A stretch of 64,000 bases of DNA from Gemmatimonadota bacterium (GCA_965116475.1 OZ220691.1:1216001-1280000), one strand, 5' to 3'; shown: positions 20,272 to 29,301, numbered from the stretch's first letter. A program made the numbers and translations. The notes: generated from the letters alone by a model not told the origin.

Positions 20272-20297
20272 GTTTCCGACCTCCCTTCCCGTGCTTC
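20137..20297. repeat. 161-bp direct repeat, copy 2
   Basis: About 90% identical to 18425-18585. Confidence 0.9.
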
Positions 20298-20414
20298 CGT
20301 GCCTCCTGCATCTGGTTGCGATACACCATGCTAGCGGGTTGTGTGCCCGGCCGCCCGAAGACGGTGAGGCAGTGGCTGTCGACGTGGTAGGCTACGCTGG
20401 AGGGAGGAAGGAGG

Positions 20415-20513
20415 ATGATCATGAATGACGCAGACGGCGAGTCCGGGCGCTCGATGTTCCGCCCTCCGCACCTGGGGGAACTGATCCGCGAGAACTCGAG
20501 GAAGGGGCGATGA
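20415..20513 (+). pseudogene. HigA antitoxin N-terminal remnant
   Basis: MIMNDADGESGRSMFRPPHLGELIREN then early stop; PPH.GE.IRE is a HigA hallmark; strong GGAGG RBS. Confidence 0.55.
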
Positions 20514-20986
20514 CGGCGAGGGTGCGTTGGTTGCGGCGGATTGCGGAGGGGCTGGCGCGGCGGAAGCGGTCGCAGGTGGAGGCGTGGACCTGCACGCCGT
20601 CGGCGGGTCACCCCGGCGAGACCGTCAAGGACGGATGCGGGATACGGCATCGGTCACGCCAGGCGGCGGACCGCTGCGCCCGACGCTTCACGCGACGCAT
20701 GCGGCGGCCGGTCCCCGGGTTCCGGCGCGGGGCGCGGGACGCGATCCTCCCAGCCGTCCCGGTGCGCATCGACCCCCAAACGCGGCGTCGCCTTCCGCCC
20801 TCAACACACGCCGCGCCCGAGGCAGAGGCGAGGGACGAGACCGCCGACGCCCTCGCGGCCATCGCGCGGCGCGCACGGCAGCAGCGGACGTGCGGGGAGT
20901 GTGGCCACGTCCGAGACGGGGCGCTGGGGGGACGGTGTCCAGCCTGCGGGACCGCCGTGAGCGGATTCGGGGTGGACCACCTGTGA
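20510..20986 (+). CDS. Hypothetical protein with C-terminal rubredoxin-like zinc ribbon
   Basis: CGECGH...CPACG; remainder Arg-rich and unrecognised. Confidence 0.35.
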   Translation: MTARVRWLRRIAEGLARRKRSQVEAWTCTPSAGHPGETVKDGCGIRHRSRQAADRCARRFTRRMRRPVPGFRRGARDAILPAVPVRIDPQTRRRLPPSTHAAPEAEARDETADALAAIARRARQQRTCGECGHVRDGALGGRCPACGTAVSGFGVDHL

Positions 20987-21020
20987 GGGCGTGCCAGTCG
21001 AAACCGGAGACCGACGACCG

Positions 21021-21818
21021 ATGTCGGTAGATCAGATCGTTTCCCGCCTAAAGCTGTTCGGGGCGGAGTCGATCAAGCGGGAGGATGGCGTTTCCGGCAT
21101 CAACGTCGAGCCTGCCGCACGCGACCTCGTGAAGGACCTCGAGCGTTATCCGCCCGCGTTCGTGCTGGCCTGCATCGCGAATCGGCAAACGAAAGCCGAC
21201 ATTGCATGGAGTCTTCCACACGCGATCCGGAAGGCGGCCAGGGGTTTCGACGTCGACACGCTGCTGGGGCTTGAGAAGGATACGTGGACCTCCGTACTCG
21301 CGTCGTCCGGCCACCGGCTGGCCACCCAAATGGAGCAACTGCTACCTGCGGCCATCCGGCACATCCGGGACAAGTACGGCGGGGACGCCTCCCGTATCTG
21401 GGCCGACGGGAGCAGCGGCGCTGCCGTGGCCAGACGGTTCCTTGCCTTCGACGGTGTTGGCCCGAAGATCGCCAACATGGCCGTGAACATCCTGATTCGC
21501 GACTTCCGTATCCAGCTCACCAGGCCCATGCCCGACATCGCGGTCGATACCCACGTCCTGCGCGTGTTCGAGCGGCTGGGCCTTCTCGGCCGGCTGGAAC
21601 ACAGCCAGCTACGCTGGACCAAGGACAAGCAGGCACTCCGGCTCCAGCTGCGCGCTCGCGAACTCAATCCGGAGTGGCCCGGGGAACTCGACTGGCCCGC
21701 ATGGATGGTCGGAAAAACATGGTGTCACGCCGGGCGCGCGCCGGAGTGCGACGGGTGCTGCATGAGATTGGTGTGCCCGAGGGATGGGGTGGCTGCGAAC
21801 TCAACGACAGTAGCGTAA
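21021..21818 (+). CDS. HhH-GPD / endonuclease III-like DNA glycosylase with 4Fe-4S motif
   Basis: FDGVGPKIANM (HhH Lys), AVDTHVLRVFERLG (catalytic Asp), C-x6-C-x2-C-x5-C. Confidence 0.85.
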   Translation: MSVDQIVSRLKLFGAESIKREDGVSGINVEPAARDLVKDLERYPPAFVLACIANRQTKADIAWSLPHAIRKAARGFDVDTLLGLEKDTWTSVLASSGHRLATQMEQLLPAAIRHIRDKYGGDASRIWADGSSGAAVARRFLAFDGVGPKIANMAVNILIRDFRIQLTRPMPDIAVDTHVLRVFERLGLLGRLEHSQLRWTKDKQALRLQLRARELNPEWPGELDWPAWMVGKTWCHAGRAPECDGCCMRLVCPRDGVAANSTTVA

Positions 21819-21888
21819 ACTTGAGCGCGACCGGACGGTGGGCGGGACCTTACTTTACGCCCGCGCCGAACTCAGCGCCGGAGGCCTG

Positions 21889-22101
21889 ATGTCTCTCTCC
21901 GAAGAGAACATGTTCGCGACGCGCCGCCATGTAGAGGCCGCTTGGGATCGTCTCTCGGCGTGCCCATCCCGGAAGCAGATACAGGAACTCAAGTCGGCCA
22001 TCATCGCCGAGCGCGAAGCAACGGATCACTTCATCTACGACGTTCTTCTCGGAGACAGAGGTCGGAGAAAGAGCTCGGCGATAGCTCGGCGAGTACGATA
22101 G
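21889..22101 (+). CDS. Small hypothetical protein
   Basis: GGAGG RBS, helical 70-aa frame between co-oriented genes. Confidence 0.35.
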   Translation: MSLSEENMFATRRHVEAAWDRLSACPSRKQIQELKSAIIAEREATDHFIYDVLLGDRGRRKSSAIARRVR

Positions 22102-22105
22102 AGCA

Positions 22106-22900
22106 TTGCGAAAGCAAACCCACGATAAGATACGGAAGCGTTACGAGGATGCACTGGGTTCCGAATTCGGTGGCTTGTTGTGGCACTTGTGGAACGACCT
22201 TGCCAACGCGCGGCTCGCTTGCGACGAGCTTACCTTTCTGTTCGGTAAAGAGCGCCATGCGGAAGAGCTATCCATTCTCGGAAACGTGTTTACGGCTGAT
22301 ATCTTCCGCACGTTCTCCGAGTCACTGGTCCTCCGTATTGCACGGCTGACGGATCCAGCAACCACTGGGCGACACCGCAACATCACGATCCGCGCGCTCC
22401 CACAGTACCTCGACAGCTACGAGCCTCTGAGGGGGAAAGTAAAAGTCCTCATTGCGGAGGCGCTGGATCGGACAGGATTTGCGCGGCAGCTGCGGAACAA
22501 GCACTTGGCACACCGTGACCTGTTATCCGCCGATTACCCCGAACGCATGAACCTTCTCGCCGAAATACTCCCCAAGAGCGATGCCGCGATAAAGTCGATC
22601 CACGCCGTCCCAGGTAGAGTTGCGGCGGACCTTCTTGACGAGGGTTGGGTGGACATGATTGCCGCACCTCCGCGAGCCGGGAGTCTCACCGCAAACGTCA
22701 GGATTCTCCGTGAGATTGCGCGGACCATTGAAGAGTATATCGAGCCATCGGGCGATGATATCTCAGGCTACCTTGAAGCTGCTTTCGCGGCCCTGGACCC
22801 ACATGGGGTCCGTGAACGGAGTCAAATGCAGCGAATTGCTTTGAATCTGCGTAAGCTCAAGAAGTGGGGAAAGCTAGTAGAGAGAGATCGCGGAAGATAA
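22106..22900 (+). CDS. AbiU2-like HEPN domain protein
   Basis: LVLRIARLTDP...NITI and ARQLRNKHLAHRD (RNKxxAH); lower GC. Confidence 0.7.
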   Translation: MRKQTHDKIRKRYEDALGSEFGGLLWHLWNDLANARLACDELTFLFGKERHAEELSILGNVFTADIFRTFSESLVLRIARLTDPATTGRHRNITIRALPQYLDSYEPLRGKVKVLIAEALDRTGFARQLRNKHLAHRDLLSADYPERMNLLAEILPKSDAAIKSIHAVPGRVAADLLDEGWVDMIAAPPRAGSLTANVRILREIARTIEEYIEPSGDDISGYLEAAFAALDPHGVRERSQMQRIALNLRKLKKWGKLVERDRGR

Positions 22901-23016
22901 TCCCACAAATCGGGGATTGCGGGTCAACGACCGACGTTCCGTCGGCCTTGGGTTGGAGCGGCCGATTCAAAGTAGCATGCCGGTCATCGGAACGGCGGCT
23001 CTTCGACGCTCTCGAT

Positions 23017-23898
23017 CTACTCGTCTGTCGCGGAGGCGATCGCATAGAATCGGGTGGCGATGTCCTCCGCACGGTCCTCCACCATCGCGTCGTGGATCAG
23101 CTTCCGCTTCGCGACAAGACGAACGCATAACCCGAGCCGGTCATCATACTTCACGAGCTGGTAGAGAACGGCTTCACCAAAATCGAGGTAGACCGGGCAC
23201 TTGGCATCGAACCACGTCCGTCTTGGACGGATCCAGTGGAACTGATGATGGCCGCGGTAGTTGGCTTCGACTTGGTCTCGCACGTCATCTCCGTCATGAC
23301 ACAGGACAAGCCCGTCCGGTCGCATGACGGTCTCGATGTTCTCCCGCGTCAGGTCCGCGTAGCGCTTCCGTTCTTCGGAAATCCGCCAGAAAGGTGCAAC
23401 TCTGTGAGTCCACTCCGAGGTATGCTTGAACGCGTCTCGCGGTTGGTGAAACCAGACGATGTCCTCAAACCCGACCGCGTTCGGGTCGGGCAACAACGAT
23501 CCAACGTGGAATCGGTTCCGAAACGACCTTCCGTCCACGATCCAGAAGAGGTTCCCGTAGAAGGCCTCCCGCGATTCCCGCTCTTCATCGGTCATCGTCG
23601 AATGCTGGACTTCGATCACGATCCCAGTCGGGGTCTTGATGTCGGCTCGATGGACCTCGCCGTCCGGAGCCATATGCGTCACCTCCCGGCACTCCTCGGG
23701 AAAGTGGCCCTTCCATTCACGATGCCAAGTCGTTTCGTTCTCCCACCAGGGATCGCAGTTTCGTCGCCCCTTGTGAGCCCAATGGTGCATGACGCGAGGT
23801 CCACACTTCGCGACCATCGGGGAGCCGCAGAGGGGACAAGTGCCCCTTGCACCCTTCTGAGGAGCACTCTTCCGACCGTTCAGAAGAGCGTATTGCAT
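23017..23898 (-). CDS. CoiA-like zinc-finger + PD-(D/E)XK nuclease
   Basis: CPLCG...AKCG...HHWAH...C, ETTWHREWK, HRADI...IEVQHS. Confidence 0.8.
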   Translation of the reverse strand: MQYALLNGRKSAPQKGARGTCPLCGSPMVAKCGPRVMHHWAHKGRRNCDPWWENETTWHREWKGHFPEECREVTHMAPDGEVHRADIKTPTGIVIEVQHSTMTDEERESREAFYGNLFWIVDGRSFRNRFHVGSLLPDPNAVGFEDIVWFHQPRDAFKHTSEWTHRVAPFWRISEERKRYADLTRENIETVMRPDGLVLCHDGDDVRDQVEANYRGHHQFHWIRPRRTWFDAKCPVYLDFGEAVLYQLVKYDDRLGLCVRLVAKRKLIHDAMVEDRAEDIATRFYAIASATDE

Positions 23899-23911
23899 GT
23901 CGGGAAACTAG

Positions 23912-26773
23912 TCAGGTGTCAACCGAAAGATTTCGCGCAAGCAGCTTGTGTAGCGCCTCGTCGTTGGTGATGTCGCTCGGCCAGCCGTAGGCGGCGGCGA
24001 CAGCGGTATCGAGTTGGGCGTGCGCGTCGGCGAGCCATTGCGGTCGGACGTTGTAGAGGTTGGTCAGGGTCCGTTTCTTGAGCGCGGCCGCAGCCTTCTT
24101 GTCACGTGGCACCGGGCGGAGGGGATAGCCGGTCACGGGTTCATCGACCCATTCCACCCACTCGGGCGGATTGAGCCAGCGGTCGCGGAGTTCGACGAGC
24201 CGCCGTGCTGCCGAGGCGATCGCCTGCGCTCGTGGATCCGTGACGTAGTCGCTGGCGGACACGTCGGGTGAGAGTCTCTCCGGGAAGGGGAAGGTCTCGA
24301 AGGTTGTGGTCGGCGTGTAGCGGGGATCGTTCCCCTTGCCGAGCCAAGTGCCCATGCGGAGCGACCATACCTCGTGGAACCGGCTGTGCAGGATCCCGAA
24401 CGTCGTGTCGTCCTCCCGCGCGATCACGATCAGCTGGTGGTCGGGGCAGATCCGGGTGTCGAGCCAAGCGAACAAGCGGTGCTTGGCGACGGTTGGCGTA
24501 ACGATGTACCGCGACAGAGCATCAAGCTCTTGCCACATGTCTTGTCGCGGCCGGAGATGCCGCCACCACTGTCGGCGGTGAACTTCACTCCGGTTCCGCT
24601 GTCGCATCGGGTGGACGTGTTCCTGGGCGTGCTCGAAGGGAGCTTCGTACAGGGCGGCTTCCTCCTTAACCATCGTCCAGCCGAAATCGACGATCCACTT
24701 GTCAGCGGGACGTCGGGTGATTGCCATGCCGTTCATCCAAGGCGCGAGGACGTCGGAGTTGGGTCGGCCGTTGGGGTTCGTGGGCTCGCGAAGCCAATCC
24801 CGGGCGAGGTCGCCGGGAACGTCGAACGGGCCGCCCTTCGTGTCGCCCATGAAGGCCACTCCAGCGTTCCGGGCGAGGCGCCGCGCTTTCGTCAGATCGA
24901 CCCCGGCCTCGCCGCGACGCGCCGTCAGGTCCGTGTAGATCTCGTCCACCGCCTCGCCGTCGAGCCGACGCTCGGGCGCGAGTTCGTCGTCCGCCTGCGA
25001 GAAGCACACCAGCGAGACGCGGACGGCCGCCCCATCGACCACCCACGGCTCATCGCTCCAAGCGTCGAAGATCGGGCTTTCTTCCGTTGCCCTCTCAAGC
25101 GCACGACGGTTGGCGCCGCCCCGGATGGAGTTGGTTGCGACCAGGCCAACTCGATTCGAGGCCCCTCCGCCCAGATGCTCTCCAGCCTTCACGAACCAGT
25201 AGCAGACCAAGTCTGCCTCGCGCGGCACCCGGTCCTTGTACGCGCCGAAGAGGGCCGAGACGTATTCCTCGCCAAGGTTGGTGATGAGCAGCTTGCCGCC
25301 CAGGAACGGCGGGTTGCCGATGATCACATCGGCCTCGGGCCACTCCGGCTCGCCGCCGTCGGGCGTCAGAATCGCATCTCGGCATTCGATCGTCTCGAGC
25401 GGATCGAGCACAGGCTGGCGCGAGCCGGGAAACCCGTTGCGCCGCATCCACTGGATCTCGCCGACCCACACTGAGACGCGGGCAAGTTCCGCCGCATACC
25501 CGTTCAACTCGATCCCCTTCACGTTAGCGGGGCCGACCGAGGGGAAGGCGCGCTGGAGCCCCATCGCCTCGGCTTCCAATTGCACGCGGTGCTCCAGGTC
25601 ATGGAGGGCGTGGAGTGCCAGATAGAGGAAGTTGCCGGAGCCGCAGGCCGGGTCGAGCACCGTGAACTTTCGGAGCCGCTCGAGGAATGAGCCAAGCGAG
25701 TTCTCCGCCTGTCTGCGATGCCGCGTCGCCGCAGCCCGTGATTTGGCTGCGTTCGCGCGCTCGAGGCTGTCGGCGATCCCAGCCTTCGCGGTCTCCCACG
25801 CGGCCAACCACGGGCGAACGATCACGGGATCGATGATCCGCATGATCTTGTCTCGGTCCGTGTAGTGTGCGCCGAGCTGCGAGCGCTTGTCCGGATCGAG
25901 ACCGCGCTCGAAAAGCGTGCCGAGGATCGAGGGGTCGATGTTGGACCAGTCGAGTTCGGACGCCTCCAGCGTCGTCTCGATCTGCTCCTTGTCCATGGGG
26001 AGGGTCGCGTCGTCCTCGAACAGCCCGCCGTTGAACCACTCCACGGTCTCGAACCCGACCCGGCCACCGACGGACATCGCACCGAAAAGATCCCGCGCCA
26101 GTGTGGCGAACTCCTCAGGCTCTCGGCGCGCGTGCTGGAGCATGCGGGTGAACATCTCGCCGGGGAGCAGCCCCACGTCTTCCGCGAACATGCAGAACAC
26201 GAGGCGGTTGACGAAGTGCGCCACCTCCTGCGGAGCGTGTCCGTCTTCGCGGAGCGACTGCGCGAGCTGCGCGAACGTCTGCGCGGCGCGTTCGGTGAGC
26301 GTCTGCCGCGTTTCCCCCGGCCGCAGCCGCTCGGGGTCGGACATCGCCCACTTGAGCTTGTCCCGCACTGCGGCGTCGGCGAGATCGTCCAGCCCGAACT
26401 CCAGCGTCTTGCTCACGGAGTTCGTCCAGTTCGTCCGGATCCGGAACCGGCGCATGTCCGAGACGATCAGAAGCGGCGGGTTCTCGAGCGCGAGCGCGTA
26501 CTGCCTTAGCTGGTCGAACGCTGCGTCGAGGTCGGCGTGCTTCCCCTTGTACTCCCAGGCGAAGCAGTGCCGCTTCCACACGTCCGCCCAGCCTTCCCCG
26601 CCGGAATCCTTCCGCGCCCCCCGCTCGAAGCAGTAGTGCTCACCCTTGGGGTCGGCTTCGGCCGGCGTGGGCTCTCCGAGCAGCCGGCACAGGTCGATGA
26701 AGTGCTCCTGCGCCGCGGAGCGCTCCTTCAATTCCGACGCCTGCCACTTCGCAATAAACTCGTTCGGCGTCAA
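23912..26773 (-). CDS. MmeI-like (type IIL) fused restriction endonuclease / N6-adenine methyltransferase
   Basis: N-terminal ADVWK...WEYK nuclease motif, FNGGLF, GAHYT, LDPACGSGNFL (motif I), GNPPF (motif IV), TRD with RYTPTTTFETFPFP. Confidence 0.9.
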   Translation of the reverse strand: MTPNEFIAKWQASELKERSAAQEHFIDLCRLLGEPTPAEADPKGEHYCFERGARKDSGGEGWADVWKRHCFAWEYKGKHADLDAAFDQLRQYALALENPPLLIVSDMRRFRIRTNWTNSVSKTLEFGLDDLADAAVRDKLKWAMSDPERLRPGETRQTLTERAAQTFAQLAQSLREDGHAPQEVAHFVNRLVFCMFAEDVGLLPGEMFTRMLQHARREPEEFATLARDLFGAMSVGGRVGFETVEWFNGGLFEDDATLPMDKEQIETTLEASELDWSNIDPSILGTLFERGLDPDKRSQLGAHYTDRDKIMRIIDPVIVRPWLAAWETAKAGIADSLERANAAKSRAAATRHRRQAENSLGSFLERLRKFTVLDPACGSGNFLYLALHALHDLEHRVQLEAEAMGLQRAFPSVGPANVKGIELNGYAAELARVSVWVGEIQWMRRNGFPGSRQPVLDPLETIECRDAILTPDGGEPEWPEADVIIGNPPFLGGKLLITNLGEEYVSALFGAYKDRVPREADLVCYWFVKAGEHLGGGASNRVGLVATNSIRGGANRRALERATEESPIFDAWSDEPWVVDGAAVRVSLVCFSQADDELAPERRLDGEAVDEIYTDLTARRGEAGVDLTKARRLARNAGVAFMGDTKGGPFDVPGDLARDWLREPTNPNGRPNSDVLAPWMNGMAITRRPADKWIVDFGWTMVKEEAALYEAPFEHAQEHVHPMRQRNRSEVHRRQWWRHLRPRQDMWQELDALSRYIVTPTVAKHRLFAWLDTRICPDHQLIVIAREDDTTFGILHSRFHEVWSLRMGTWLGKGNDPRYTPTTTFETFPFPERLSPDVSASDYVTDPRAQAIASAARRLVELRDRWLNPPEWVEWVDEPVTGYPLRPVPRDKKAAAALKKRTLTNLYNVRPQWLADAHAQLDTAVAAAYGWPSDITNDEALHKLLARNLSVDT

Positions 26774-27294
26774 GGCGTCCCCTCGTCCTCCGAGAACAGA
26801 TCGGTTTGACCCAGCCCCGGTGGCAACTCCAGATCGCGGGTCCGTACGACGGGAATTCCAGCCACCTCACCCAATCGATATAAGCCTCGATCGTCCGAGT
26901 ATATCGTCGTGGCTCCGCGCGCCTTCGCGATGGCTACGATCTGACGGTCGAACTTCAACTTCGCCCAGGTCGCAGGCCCCTCCCGCGGCGGCGTTGGCAC
27001 CATTAGCGCCAGCTCGATTGCGGCCCGCTGGTCGAAGGGTTCGATGCTGAAAACCGCGCGTCGATTCAGGAGGTTCACGATACGCCGCGCATCCGTCGGA
27101 TCCCTCTTCATGAGCACTTCCGAGAGGACGGGCGTTGGTATCGCGATGGTCTCGCGGGGCTTCGCGTCCAGCCTCTCGATCAGGTACTCCACGCGCTCTC
27201 GGGCGTGAGGAAGGGGTTTCCCTTCCGCGTCGGTCGGCCCCGGAGTGTCGGGCTGGAGGAACAGGAGCAGCGTGGTGGCGTCAATCACCACCAT
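26770..27294 (-). CDS. PIN-domain protein
   Basis: VVIDATTL, PTPVLSEVL, KFDRQIVAIA, IYSDD; TTGA overlap with the RM gene. Confidence 0.8.
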   Translation of the reverse strand: MVVIDATTLLLFLQPDTPGPTDAEGKPLPHARERVEYLIERLDAKPRETIAIPTPVLSEVLMKRDPTDARRIVNLLNRRAVFSIEPFDQRAAIELALMVPTPPREGPATWAKLKFDRQIVAIAKARGATTIYSDDRGLYRLGEVAGIPVVRTRDLELPPGLGQTDLFSEDEGTP

Positions 27295-28063
27295 TTTGTT
27301 CCGGCCCTTGTCGGATGCGTTCCAGATCCCGGTAATCGTCTTCGGTCCAGTCTCCGGCTACCGCCCGAAGTTCCCGGAGAGCTTCGGACACCTTCGTACT
27401 CTCGACCGGCTCGAACGCGTCGATGCTGAAGCGTTGCACGTTCCAGCGGCCTTTGGCATCGCGCAGCCAGGAACCCTTCCCCACCAAACGGACGGGCTCG
27501 AAGAGATGGTGCGCCAGCATCTTCGCGACGTCCCTACTCGCGCTGCATCCGGCGATGGGTTCGCCATCGGACTCGATGAGGATGGGAATCCTGTCGCCGG
27601 TTCCGCCCACTCGAATGACGATACCGGAGATTCGCCCGCGCTCGCGCACCAACGGGTAGGGGTCCTCCGCGTCATCGGCACCCGGGAATTCGAGGACCTT
27701 GTGATCGTTGTCTCGTTCCCTCAACTCGGCGCTAGCCCGGTCCTCTCGCAGATAGCCGTCCAGACTCCGATAGGCTTCCTGAGCATCGCGCGGCGCTTCG
27801 CCACGGCCGACGGCTTGCAAACGGGAACGGACGTTCCGCACGGCCGTTGGCTCGATCTCATGCACGAGCGCAGTGCTACTCTCCTCAATGCCCACCAGAT
27901 GGACGCGGTTTCGCTCTCCGAGGATGTCCGCGAGCTTCGCCAGGTACTGGGCCAGGCGCGCCATCGGTAGGGTACGCGGCGTGAACGCGTCGATCGTGAA
28001 CCGATACTCCGCGCGCTCGCGGCTCGGCTTTTGTTCCTCGCGTTCCGGCGTTTCCGGGTTCAC
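27281..28063 (-). CDS. Hypothetical 260-aa protein, PIN partner
   Basis: Globular composition, FTPRTLPMARLAQYL..LA..LG...VH motif, beta-rich C-half; 14-nt overlap with PIN gene. Confidence 0.7.
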   Translation of the reverse strand: MNPETPEREEQKPSRERAEYRFTIDAFTPRTLPMARLAQYLAKLADILGERNRVHLVGIEESSTALVHEIEPTAVRNVRSRLQAVGRGEAPRDAQEAYRSLDGYLREDRASAELRERDNDHKVLEFPGADDAEDPYPLVRERGRISGIVIRVGGTGDRIPILIESDGEPIAGCSASRDVAKMLAHHLFEPVRLVGKGSWLRDAKGRWNVQRFSIDAFEPVESTKVSEALRELRAVAGDWTEDDYRDLERIRQGPEQNGGD

Positions 28064-28278
28064 GCTCGCCTCATGTTTGCACGTTACGTTTGCTGAGAAT
28101 ACGGCAGCATCGGGTCAGAGTATACGAAAAAGACGAAGATCGGGTCCAGAAATGCCGGCACCCGCTGCGACGGGAGGTGGCGGCGCGTTCCTGCGGGAAC
28201 GTTTCTGCGCGGCATGTGGATCCGTGGCCGCTGGCGCGGCCGACGAGGGAGCATGCAACTGCCGCATGTTGACAGGGC

Positions 28279-28294
28279 CGGGGCGCCCGGATTT
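28279..28294 (-). repeat. 16-bp duplicate of the tRNA-Pro(CGG) 3' end (att-like scar)
   Basis: cggggcgcccggattt at 28279-28294 is identical to 28397-28412. Confidence 0.7.
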
Positions 28295-28395
28295 CGCTAC
28301 GACCGCCTTCGGCGGCCCGCGTAATCCTGGGGGGCAGCTTGGACGACCAGGCAGACTTAACAGTACGCCCAGCCAACATGACTGGGCGGGCGGAA

Positions 28396-28469
28396 TCGGG
28401 GCGCCCGGATTTGAACCGGGGACCTCTGCGTCCCGAACGCAGCGCTCTACCGGACTGAGCCACGCCCCG
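28396..28469 (-). tRNA. tRNA-Pro(CGG)
   Basis: Anticodon arm CTGCG TTCGGGA CGCAG; GGTTCAAATCC T-arm. Confidence 0.95.
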
Positions 28470-28540
28470 AGGGGTACTGCGGACCGCGCGTTGGGCGCGG
28501 GGGCCGGGCTCGCGAACGAGATGGCGAGCCGGCGACGAAG

Positions 28541-28613
28541 AGCGGGTGACCGGATTCGAACCGGCGACCTCAACCTTGGCAAGGTTGCGCTCTACCAACT
28601 GAGCTACACCCGC
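28541..28613 (-). tRNA. tRNA-Gly(GCC)
   Basis: Anticodon arm CAACC TTGCCAA GGTTG. Confidence 0.95.
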
Positions 28614-28674
28614 GTGTGCTGCTCCCTCCAGGCCTGCGGCCCGTTGGGCCGGCCGAGCCGGAGGGGTCCTTCAG

Positions 28675-28746
28675 AGCCACCGGTCGGATTTGAACCGACG
28701 ACCGCCGCATTACGAATGCGGTGCTCTACCCCTGAGCTACGGTGGC
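28675..28746 (-). tRNA. tRNA-Thr(CGT)
   Basis: Anticodon arm CCGCA TTCGTAA TGCGG. Confidence 0.95.
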
Positions 28747-28820
28747 GAGCCGTCGGCCGCTACCCGTGGCGGCCCTGGCGAGAAGGCTCGCCGGGGCTGC
28801 GGGGGTGGACGCGACGGGAG

Positions 28821-28894
28821 TGGAGCCGGCGGGATTTGAACCCGCGACCTCTTGAGTGCGATTCAAGCGCTCTCCCAAACTGAGCTACGGCCCC
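28821..28894 (-). tRNA. tRNA-Ala(CGC)
   Basis: Anticodon arm CTTGA ATCGCAC TCAAG; G3:U70 pair. Confidence 0.95.
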
Positions 28895-28916
28895 TCGCTC
28901 GACACGCTTTTCGGAA

Positions 28917-28991
28917 CGGGGCTGACGGGATTTGAACCCGCGACCTCCGGTGTGACAGACCGGCACTCTAACCAGACTGAGCTACAGCCCC
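28917..28991 (-). tRNA. tRNA-Asp(GTC)
   Basis: Anticodon arm CCGGT CTGTCAC ACCGG. Confidence 0.95.
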
Positions 28992-29008
28992 CTGCGGCGG
29001 CGTTTCGA

Positions 29009-29082
<74 letters not shown>

Positions 29083-29134
29083 TCCGAAAGACACGACGAG
29101 CGGGCCCCGGGTGGGAGCCCGCTCGGACGGACAT

Positions 29135-29163
29135 ATGCTAAAGGAACGGCCCGAATCGGTCAA
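29135..29163 (-). promoter_or_regulatory. Sigma70-like promoter of the tRNA cluster
   Basis: TTGACC-N17-TAGCAT upstream of tRNA-Val. Confidence 0.65.
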
Positions 29164-29301
29164 CCTTGGCGGGCGCCGGATCGGCGGTCCCGGGGGACGG
29201 TTGCATCCACCGGAGCGGGCTTTACCTTGTTCGCGACCCGCGCCTCCGCCGGCGGAGGCTGTCGGGCGACTCACATCGTCGATTCCCCCTCAGAGAGGCG
29301 G

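Noticed and set aside
14400..28300. Prophage, IS or integrase in the accessory region
   Set aside because: No transposase, recombinase or phage structural motifs recognised in any frame
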